Shown one piece after another: positions 51,801 through 58,777 of a stretch of 62,295 nt of DNA (the stretch's first letter is position 1; every line of letters begins with the position of its first letter). A program made the translations under genes and the position numbers. Source of the DNA: Kiritimatiellia bacterium (lineage in GTDB: Bacteria; Verrucomicrobiota; Kiritimatiellia; RFP12; JBMNHG01). The notes under the pieces are model-generated. The model was not told where the DNA came from, did no database searches, and worked only from the letters and a program-made list of their open reading frames with translations. The DNA lies in assembly GCA_050950285.1 (NCBI GenBank), contig JBMNHG010000002.1, positions 186,001 through 248,295 of the forward strand. The letters run 5' to 3'.

Positions 51801-51881
51801 TTCAGCGACGCAGGAAATCGACATGTGGCGTCTCTCCTCGCCGAAATCATACAAAACAAGATTGGTCAATTGCACCGTTGA
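48795..51881 (+). CDS. Chimeric orphan Rhs module 5 with SGNH/GDSL hydrolase tip
   Basis: Local rhs homology 48886-49020, then a divergent Rhs lineage. Core ends IIDLLGK. CT 51126-51881 has AIGDSMTYG, HDGYPG, LIGMND and DGFHFS. Confidence 0.88.
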   Translation: MTSESLHGPYDHHGCATEATVAFRVTNICTLDHRHRLAELRSGNAAPVHYGYDSENRHSVVSNTAFRATYAYTSDGRTNGLSVSRTRLTGLSNALRACVETEADGATTRVATSFDPVAKVSTDTLERTGMATTTRKRMFGREIEATDADGVTRYNYFDPYGRVYLTREFTGERFHWRTLAMRDSVGDIYASARFIGGTPYWNNVAQFNGFDSRGNLVASTNEMGYVTHSLFDSAGRLAARFGAAYPVAYGYDATGRLKSLFTTRSGATWDVTHWNYDPATGLVTNKVYADGSALAHGWTPDGLPERTTWARGAWRHVAYNDRRLPAAVSYSDPGTPGHELSYDAFGRLVAVADAAGRRHGYAYGASAASPTNETVAADSATNAIARILDANSRPVSTTLRVNDAPRGGTWHAYADSGRLAHVAATNAQGRGLVAAYTNFAGRSFGHSVELPSGAVFTRTLARDAYRPNRVTSIAHAFDGVEVSRYAHTFDALDRLAVRNADAFSYNARSEVVSATVASNEYAYAYDHIGNHTASSVNSDTTTFEANALNQYTSLSNLVQSCNPVHDLDGNLLANGVWSYTWDCENRLVTASSNNVCVVSNAYDYLSRRVLKATPEAVHAFVYDGWNLIHETVTAGNGDVSEIQYFWGPDLSGTLQGAGGVGGLLAVSINGQFYLPCVDNNGNIAAYVGESGSIVAEYVYDAYGGTIAASGSMSDTFRHRFSTKYYDAETGLYYYGCRFYDPVLHRWLNRDPIQEKGGANLYAFCGNNGINIIDLLGKQGVTVYRIHAIGDSMTYGVRTKTDPLMAPKDPLDLAHRKRLENIQNQGWRVYLKQKLDRASSGKAYRFEFSGNYPASDDPGNIRHDGYPGDKAGKTYERIQRGQIVCKEDDIYILLIGMNDALNLGAQLANGAKKADINPALSAMTGIATSIRQDDPALFLWGKIPYITDLAMDRNLDYVPANVNLPIKYINQHVGNEASFFGATVFDLQNLFIDNPSFTDDGFHFSDAGNRHVASLLAEIIQNKIGQLHR

Positions 51882-51895
51882 AAATGGAGGTTGAA

Positions 51896-52747
51896 ATGAC
51901 AAGGCTTTATATGGTTTCTAGTCTATTGGTTTGCATGCTCCTTTCCCTTTCTACCGGCTGTTCTCGGGAAAAAGAGGGCAACGACATGCGCGAGAGTCGA
52001 GTTGTCAAATTTGGAGCCTCGGATTTGGAAAGCCTCGGAGCGTCAACAAATGGTTTGATCCGTTTTGCTGACGAGACTTTGCGCCGATACGGCTACGCCG
52101 ATATTTCGGGCAGAGTTGTGTTGGAACCTCAATATTCGGCGTGCAGCGTGACATTCTCCGAGGGTTATGCCTGGGTAGGACTTCCTGATGAATCAGACTC
52201 TTATAAGACAAATTACTATGATTATTATTTCGGTGATTTCATCGACACGAACGGCGTCAGACTGGTCGGGAAAAAACTGTATACCACCGTTCCGGAGCCT
52301 TGGATGTGGGGTTACAATTTTGAGCCGCAGTTTGTCAATGGGCTTGCGTTCGTGTCGGCCGATCCCTCCGATTTTCCAGAAGTTGCCATGCCGACGAATG
52401 TGAATCAAGAAGTAAAGAAGGAGCTTGAAAGCAAAAGCGCCAGATATGTCTATTGCATCGATACGAATGGAAATCCAGTCAGCGCCCACCATGTCCACGG
52501 GCCTTTTTATACAACTGCTACATGGTGCAACGGCCCCAAGTTCCGTTGGGGAAGTCGGCTGACATGGGTCGATCTGTTGAACGGGGACAGGGGAATACTG
52601 CTTTGGGACGGAACCGTGCCCCTGACGACTTCGGTCAAGGGCTATGAGGAGCTTTTGGAGATCGAACGCCGATTCGTCGAAGAGAACTATGGAACTAACG
52701 GCGTCGTGAAATTCACAGGCCAGGCATGGGTGTACTTCTATTATTGA
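51896..52747 (+). CDS. Putative immunity lipoprotein with WG (KWG-type) repeats
   Basis: RBS GGAGG, lipobox LSTGC. Repeats YGYADISGRVVLEPQY..FSEGYAWV, FIDTNG, FVNGLAFV and CIDTNG. Confidence 0.78.
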   Translation: MTRLYMVSSLLVCMLLSLSTGCSREKEGNDMRESRVVKFGASDLESLGASTNGLIRFADETLRRYGYADISGRVVLEPQYSACSVTFSEGYAWVGLPDESDSYKTNYYDYYFGDFIDTNGVRLVGKKLYTTVPEPWMWGYNFEPQFVNGLAFVSADPSDFPEVAMPTNVNQEVKKELESKSARYVYCIDTNGNPVSAHHVHGPFYTTATWCNGPKFRWGSRLTWVDLLNGDRGILLWDGTVPLTTSVKGYEELLEIERRFVEENYGTNGVVKFTGQAWVYFYY

Positions 52748-52769
52748 CCGTTGAAAGTGGGAGGTTGAA

Positions 52770-55700
52770 ATGACGCAGTTGTCCATCGTTTTAGTTGTTC
52801 ATGAATTTGGTGTGCAACGCAACCGGATGGCCACCCCGCATTTCATGGACGCCCTCGGCAGGGAGACCAACACCGTCGTGACGGCGGTCGGCGAGCCCGG
52901 AAGCGCCGCCACCCCCGGTTGCGGGACGCTTGGCTTCGCGGCGTCCGAAACGACGGCGTACCCCCACGGCACCGGCGACCACGTCGTCCATGTCGACCGG
53001 CGCGGGGTTCGCACGGTCACGACGCGCACGTCGCACGCCGACCGCGAGGAGAGCGTCACCCTGACGTTCTCGCCGGCGAACCCCGACGTTTGCGTCGTGG
53101 CGAGCACGAACATCGCCTACCGGAACGGGCGTTCCATCGCCATCCGAAGCTGGGACGGCGGCTGGACGCGCGAAACCTCGTGGAGCGACTACGCCGCCGA
53201 CGGAACACGGCGCGCCTTCTCCGTCACCGAGGCATCGGATTCGCCGGGCGCGATCACGAATCAAATCGCCCACGGCGACTTCCTCGGGCGGACGGTGGCG
53301 ACGCTGAGGCCCGGCGCCGCAGGCGCCTGGCTCGTCACCTCGAACGCCTACGACGGCGCGACCTCGCGCCTGGTTCGCTCGGAAACTTCAGGGCAGCCTG
53401 CCACGACCTATCTCTACGACGAGCGCGGCGAGATGGCGTCGACCGTCCAAAGCGGCGTCGAGACCGCGTCGGAAACCCGCTACGAGAACATCGGCGGGGC
53501 ATGGTGGCGGGTGGACGTCCGCAGCACGTCGCGCGGGGGCGTCACCAACGCCGTCGCGACGACCCGCCGCCAGTTGACGGGGCTGTCCAACGCCCTGCGG
53601 AGCCGCACGGTGAGCATAGCCCCGAACGGCTCGACGACGACAGTGCAGAGCAGCTACAACCCGCAGACCTGCGAATTGACGACGGTTCGCGCCACCGATG
53701 CGGCGACGCCATCCACCACCGTCTCGAAGTTCGGGCGTTCAATTCGCCGCGAGACGCTGCGCGAAACCGTTTACAACTATTTCGATCCGCTCGGGCGCGT
53801 TGCATACTCGGAAACGCGCGACCCTGAAACGGGCGTCTATTCCCATTTCCGCTGGTCGGGACTCGACGAGTCCGACAACGAGACCCACTACGGCATTTAT
53901 TATTACGACGACGATCTGCACGTCACTGGATCGAGAACCTTCGACGCCTTCAATCGCGAAACGTCCCGCACCGACGCCCTCGGCAACACCGTCACCAACA
54001 CCTACGACGCCCTCGGGCGTCCGGTTGCCGCCACCGGCGCGGCCTACCCCGTGGCCTACGGGTACGACGCCGCCGGCCGCACGACCGCCCTCGCCACCGC
54101 CCGAGGCAACGCCGCCGGCTTCGCCGCCCTCGCCGTCCAGCTTGCCGGAGGCGCGTCCCTCGCATCCCTTGCGTCCCCTGCGTCCCTCGATCTCACCGCC
54201 TGGAACTACGACCACGCCACGGGGCTTGCCACCAACAAGGTCTACGCCGACGGATCAGCCGTTTCCTACGCCTACACCCCCGACGGCAAACCGCTCCGCA
54301 CGGCATGGGCTCGCGGAGCGTGGAAGGAGAATGCCTACAACCCCGGCGGCCTGTTGACAGGCGTCTCGTACTCCGACGCTACTCCTGCCGCCGCGCTCGG
54401 GTACGATGCCTTCCAGCGCCCCGCCTTTGCCTCCAACGCCGTCGCGCGATACGCCTACCAGAACAGCCACCTCGGCACCGCCACCAACGAGACGGCCATG
54501 GTTGGCGGCGACACCGCGACCCTGGCCCGTACCCTGGACCACCGCCACCGCCTGGCGGCGTTGCGCGTCGAGGATGCGCCACCCGTCCATTACGGCTACG
54601 ACCCCGAGAACAGGTATGCTACAGTCTCCAACACCGCCTTCCGCGCCACCTACGCCTATACCTCCGACAATCAGGACGAGGGCTACAGCATCATGCTGCC
54701 CAACGGCACGCTCCTCTCCCGTACCGTCGCCCGCGACCCCTACCGCCGCCACCTTGTCACGACCATCACCAACAGCGTCAGCGGCGTGCCGTACAATCCG
54801 CTGGCCTACACCTACGACCTGCTTAACCGCGTTACGTCACGAAATGCCGACACCTTCGATTACAACGCCCGTTCCGAAGTCACAGCCGTCATCATCCAGA
54901 CCAACCATGCCAGCCGGTACGCGTATGACAACATAGGCAACGCACTGTGGACCTCGCTTAACGCCGTCACCAACATCTACACCGCCAACGAACTGAACCA
55001 GTACACCGGAATCAGCAATGGAACAGTCATCGAGCCGGAGTACGATTTAGACGGAAATATGACGTGGGACGGGCGTTTCAGCTATGCGTATGATGCGGAA
55101 AACCGCCTCATCGCCGCCTACTCCAACGGCCTGTGCGTAGTCTTCAACGCCTACGATCATCTTAGCCGCCGCGTGTTGAAAATCTCACGCGGAGGCGCGG
55201 AGACGCGGAGATTTGTTTACGACGGCTGGCTGCCGGTTCTCGAAATCGTCGCCACCGCCTCGGGCGTGACCACCAACCACTACGTGTGGGGACGCGATTT
55301 GTCGGGAAGCATGCAAGGCGCGGGCGGCGTCGGCGGACTGTTGGCCGTCTCGCTCAACGGCGCATGGTACTTCCCGTTCTACGATAATAACGGCAATATC
55401 ACGGCCTATGTTGACGAGAACGGAACAATCGTCGCCGAGTACGCCTACGACGCCTTCGGTTGCACCATTGAGGCTCCCGGCTCCATGGCCGACACCTTCG
55501 CCTTCCGTTTCTCGACCAAGTACCACGATTCCGAGACCGGACTGGTCATGTACCAACTCCGTAACTACTGCCCTCTATTGGGGAGGTGGCTATCCAGAGA
55601 CCCATTGGGTGACGAAGCCTTCTTGCAACAGTACACGAGTGACATGAATCGTTCCGAAAGCAAACATTGGCGAGAACGCTCCTTGCGTCCAACTTACCTG

Positions 55701-56120
55701 TTTGTTCAAAACAACCCACTGCTGTTTTCCGATTATCTCGGCTTAGATTTGACATATAGCGGCTGTAAATGTTGTCCAGAAATCGACGATGCTGTCCGCC
55801 GCGCAAATCGTGCGATTAGAGAAGGCACATGTAAGGAATGGTTTAAAGAACATGGCCATAATTATTCTCTAGGGACCCCAAGCAGGTCAGTGGCGTGTCA
55901 TGGAAACTGGAAGATCCCTTGTATGTTGGGTTTCGCCGCATGGACAATGCCAGGGATGGGTATCGGTGTGTGTGACAGCAAGTGCAAAGAATTGGACAGT
56001 GTTACCCTGGCTTCCCTCTTAGTGCATGAACTTGCGCACCATTACTGCACTTATGGGCTAGGGCGTGAGAACTGTGCGATTTCTGCGCAACAGGCTTGTT
56101 CAGAGGCCTTAATGGATTAA
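52770..56120 (+). CDS. Orphan Rhs module 6 with Cys-rich HExxH metallopeptidase-like tip
   Basis: Near-identical to rhs from 52838. Core ends PLLFSDYLGL. CT 55746-56120 has LLVHELAHH...RENCA. Confidence 0.9.
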   Translation: MTQLSIVLVVHEFGVQRNRMATPHFMDALGRETNTVVTAVGEPGSAATPGCGTLGFAASETTAYPHGTGDHVVHVDRRGVRTVTTRTSHADREESVTLTFSPANPDVCVVASTNIAYRNGRSIAIRSWDGGWTRETSWSDYAADGTRRAFSVTEASDSPGAITNQIAHGDFLGRTVATLRPGAAGAWLVTSNAYDGATSRLVRSETSGQPATTYLYDERGEMASTVQSGVETASETRYENIGGAWWRVDVRSTSRGGVTNAVATTRRQLTGLSNALRSRTVSIAPNGSTTTVQSSYNPQTCELTTVRATDAATPSTTVSKFGRSIRRETLRETVYNYFDPLGRVAYSETRDPETGVYSHFRWSGLDESDNETHYGIYYYDDDLHVTGSRTFDAFNRETSRTDALGNTVTNTYDALGRPVAATGAAYPVAYGYDAAGRTTALATARGNAAGFAALAVQLAGGASLASLASPASLDLTAWNYDHATGLATNKVYADGSAVSYAYTPDGKPLRTAWARGAWKENAYNPGGLLTGVSYSDATPAAALGYDAFQRPAFASNAVARYAYQNSHLGTATNETAMVGGDTATLARTLDHRHRLAALRVEDAPPVHYGYDPENRYATVSNTAFRATYAYTSDNQDEGYSIMLPNGTLLSRTVARDPYRRHLVTTITNSVSGVPYNPLAYTYDLLNRVTSRNADTFDYNARSEVTAVIIQTNHASRYAYDNIGNALWTSLNAVTNIYTANELNQYTGISNGTVIEPEYDLDGNMTWDGRFSYAYDAENRLIAAYSNGLCVVFNAYDHLSRRVLKISRGGAETRRFVYDGWLPVLEIVATASGVTTNHYVWGRDLSGSMQGAGGVGGLLAVSLNGAWYFPFYDNNGNITAYVDENGTIVAEYAYDAFGCTIEAPGSMADTFAFRFSTKYHDSETGLVMYQLRNYCPLLGRWLSRDPLGDEAFLQQYTSDMNRSESKHWRERSLRPTYLFVQNNPLLFSDYLGLDLTYSGCKCCPEIDDAVRRANRAIREGTCKEWFKEHGHNYSLGTPSRSVACHGNWKIPCMLGFAAWTMPGMGIGVCDSKCKELDSVTLASLLVHELAHHYCTYGLGRENCAISAQQACSEALMD

Positions 56121-56124
56121 AACC

Positions 56125-56439
56125 ATGCGAAAAAAAACTTTTTATTTGTTGTCCATGTCTTTCTTTGTTTTTGCTTTGATTACAAATCTTGTTTCTAAAA
56201 CAAGGTTTTCCAATGTGTCTATAGGTGTCGCAACTGCAAGTGAAAGAAACCGAATACTTTCGGCCATGCTTAAACGAGCTCTTAACGAAGGACAAATGTT
56301 TGAGAAGCAATCCTATTGTTTTGCTATTCTGGGTGTTTTTTTCTGGGTCACGTCTGTTGTCCGACGAGAGCAAAGTTGCCATGCGGTTTTATTTGTCCTC
56401 CTTTTTGCTTTCTTACTTGCCGAATTCCTTTTTGTTTAG
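56125..56439 (+). CDS. Putative multi-TM immunity protein for CT6
   Basis: 104 aa, three hydrophobic segments, very AT-rich, starts 4 nt after the CT6 stop. Confidence 0.7.
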   Translation: MRKKTFYLLSMSFFVFALITNLVSKTRFSNVSIGVATASERNRILSAMLKRALNEGQMFEKQSYCFAILGVFFWVTSVVRREQSCHAVLFVLLFAFLLAEFLFV

Positions 56440-56449
56440 GGAAACTATC

Positions 56450-57709
56450 GTGTTATCAAAGGCGCTTCGTGACTTTCGTAGACGTGCCGTGTCCGTCATT
56501 GTGCCACTTGGCATAATCTCCAACTTCCACGACGGTTCCTCCTCCCGATTCCTGTGCGCGACCCGCACCGGTCGGCCCGGCACACTTCACGCCTACGACG
56601 GCTTCGGCGGCGTTATTTCCAACGCCTACGACCATCTTAGCCGACGGGTGTTGAAAGTCACCCCAACCGCGACGCACACCTACCTCTATGACGATTGGAA
56701 TCTGGTGCAGGAAACAATTTCAACCGCATCCGGCACGACAACCAACCACTACGTCTGGGGAAAGGACCTCTCGGGTTCGTTGCAAGGCGCGGGTGGTGTA
56801 GGCGGTTTGCTGGCCGTCTCGATCAACGGCGCATGGTACTTCCCGTTCTACGATAACAACGGCAACATCACGGCCTATGTTGACGAACAGGGTGCCATCG
56901 TCGCCGAGTACACCTACGACGCCTTCGGTTTCACCATTGAGGCTACCGGCTCCATGGCCGACGCCTTCCTCCACCGCTTCAGTACCAAGTACCTTGATGT
57001 TGAAACCGGGCTCTACTACTACGGCTACCGCTTCTACGCGCCGGAACTGATGCGTTGGCTCAACCGGGATCCGATCGAGGAAGAGGGCTTCCGTGCCGCA
57101 TTCTCCGGCGCCCTGATAGGTGCACCTATCGAGGCCGCCGTAGAGGTTCTCGCGAACATATCAGGCCAAGCGTTTTCGGGTGAATTACCGGTCGGTCTCT
57201 TCGCGCATGGCGACCAGAACACCTACCTCTTTGTTCTCAACCGTCCAGTCAATCTTAAGGATCGCTTGGGGCTCGACATCACGCTGGAAACCGGGAATCA
57301 TGCGCCTTGGTATCAGTTCCTCAACAACTTGGTTCACCAGCAAGTCTGCGTTGATCTATGGGATGATAAGAAAGCGTGTACCGAGGAAAACAAATGGGAC
57401 TGCTGCCATGCAGGAAAGACATGCTTCTCATTTGGGGCGACGGGGTTTCAGACACCGCAATTTTCGACGACTTGGTTGGGATGGAGAAGTTGGATTGTCG
57501 GTGAGATAATGAAAGGCGAGATCTATGAAGCCGAACCCGTTTCGGGAGCAACCATCAACGGGACGCACACAACAACCATGCAACAGGATGAGAAGTGGCT
57601 GAGTTACATGTACGGGCGAGTCGACACGCAGGGTGGGTATTCGGCCGCGCACCACAACTGTAGAAAATACTCCCAGTGGGAGTTTCGTGACGCTCTTCTT
57701 CATTGGTAA
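56450..57709 (+). CDS. Short orphan Rhs module 7 with permuted papain-like tip (start uncertain)
   Basis: Core homology from about 56615. Core ends PVNLKDRLGL. CT 57275-57709 has an early His (LVHQQVCV) and a late Y-x4-NC motif (YSAAHHNCRKYS). Confidence 0.82.
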   Translation: MLSKALRDFRRRAVSVIVPLGIISNFHDGSSSRFLCATRTGRPGTLHAYDGFGGVISNAYDHLSRRVLKVTPTATHTYLYDDWNLVQETISTASGTTTNHYVWGKDLSGSLQGAGGVGGLLAVSINGAWYFPFYDNNGNITAYVDEQGAIVAEYTYDAFGFTIEATGSMADAFLHRFSTKYLDVETGLYYYGYRFYAPELMRWLNRDPIEEEGFRAAFSGALIGAPIEAAVEVLANISGQAFSGELPVGLFAHGDQNTYLFVLNRPVNLKDRLGLDITLETGNHAPWYQFLNNLVHQQVCVDLWDDKKACTEENKWDCCHAGKTCFSFGATGFQTPQFSTTWLGWRSWIVGEIMKGEIYEAEPVSGATINGTHTTTMQQDEKWLSYMYGRVDTQGGYSAAHHNCRKYSQWEFRDALLHW

Positions 57710-57718
57710 GGTTGTGCA

Positions 57719-58096
57719 ATGGCAATACGGAGAAATCTGATGTGGGCAGGCGTCCTTGCTGGAGTTCTCGTGGTGGCCTTCTTGCTGTTTTCGGCAACAA
57801 CAATAATACCGCCGAAGGATCTCACACGCACACGCTTCAGAGCTTTGGAAGTTCGCATTCGCCATAGCCTTGCACAAGGACAAGACGTGAATTCGCTCGA
57901 TATCAAAACACTGCCAGAAGCTCCGGGCAAAGATAACGCAACTACGGACGGTTGGGGTCATCCTATCGTCATGAGGGTCGATGGTTCTATCATCACCCTG
58001 ACAAGCTATGGGAAAGACGGCAAACCTGGCGGAACCGATCAAGATGCAGACATCGAACATCGATTTTCAATTGGTCATCGAAAGCAACTCGAGTAA
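57719..58096 (+). CDS. GspG/T2SSG-like domain protein in the immunity position
   Basis: N-terminal TM helix. DGWGHPIV...ITLTSYGKDGKPGGTDQDADI resembles the GspG C-terminal signature. No GFTLIE prepilin site. Confidence 0.75.
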   Translation: MAIRRNLMWAGVLAGVLVVAFLLFSATTIIPPKDLTRTRFRALEVRIRHSLAQGQDVNSLDIKTLPEAPGKDNATTDGWGHPIVMRVDGSIITLTSYGKDGKPGGTDQDADIEHRFSIGHRKQLE

Positions 58097-58140
58097 CGAT
58101 CAAATTACTCCTGACGTAAAGCTCGGTCATGTACTTCCTT

Positions 58141-58202
58141 AACGGCAACGTCCAGGCCTACGGCCACATGAGCAGAAGGGTGCTGAAAGTCTCACGCGGA
58201 GG
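58141..58202 (+). pseudogene. Tiny Rhs core scar
   Basis: Reads NGNVQAYGHMSRRVLKVSRG; compare AYDHMSRRVLK and LKISRGGAET in the Rhs cores. Confidence 0.65.
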
Positions 58203-58454
58203 TAAGATGAGAAGGCTGTTCTCCTTGTGAAAGGTTTCCGGCACAATGCCTGAAACCGTTACAGTTACGGTAAAACGCACTCGAAGGTGCACACAAGGAG
58301 AACAGCCATGAAGAAGGTTACAGTAATCGGCATGGATTTGGGAGACAAAAGCCAACACAAGGCCATCGGGCTTTTCGAAAGCGGCGAGGAGCCCGGCAAC
58401 CCTTCACGTCCTTGCGCTCCCCGTCTCAGGACGCCCTCGGTGTCCAGTATTTGA
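58203..58454 (+). mobile_element. Left end and truncated transposase of an IS110/IS1111-family element
   Basis: TAAGAT -10-like box at 58203, structured leader, RBS AAGGAG. ORF 58308-58454 MKKVTVIGMDLGDKSQHKAIGLFESGEE resembles the first strand (IGxD) of DEDD recombinases and then decays. Confidence 0.6.
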
Positions 58455-58777
58455 CGGACCGCGCATCCGTGCGGCCGTGAAACTCGCCATTACGGTGGCA
58501 TCGGATGAAGAGGATCGTTCGGCTGTCTGGGGTTGCTGCTACCGCCGGCAGAGACTACCAGCTCGTCGTCGACCCGCCGCTTGGCGCCAGCGGCGGCTGG
58601 TTCGCGTGGAGACCGCCTGCAAAACCGGCGCGGCACAGGGCGATACCAGAACCAAAACATGCGTCGTCGCTCCGGCCGACAGCACCATGCTTCATCATCG
58701 CCTTACGCGCGAATCGGATGGTGCCGTACCGGCCGAAGCGACGACCGGTTGGACAGAAGGTTAGACGGCGCGCCGTC

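Noticed and set aside
27838..57709. Diversity-generating retroelement as the source of Rhs variation
   Set aside because: No reverse transcriptase in the window, and differences between copies are block swaps rather than adenine-specific substitutions.
35424..58096. Integron cassette array (many small AT-rich genes in tandem)
   Set aside because: No integrase and no convincing attC sites; genes overlap toxin stop codons as expected for immunity genes.
57719..58096. Functional gspG of a type II secretion operon
   Set aside because: Lacks the prepilin GFTLIE motif and no other gsp genes are adjacent; no gene symbol assigned.
58455..58777. ORF 58477-58764 and overlapping frames
   Set aside because: No recognisable motif or RBS; cannot support a gene call.
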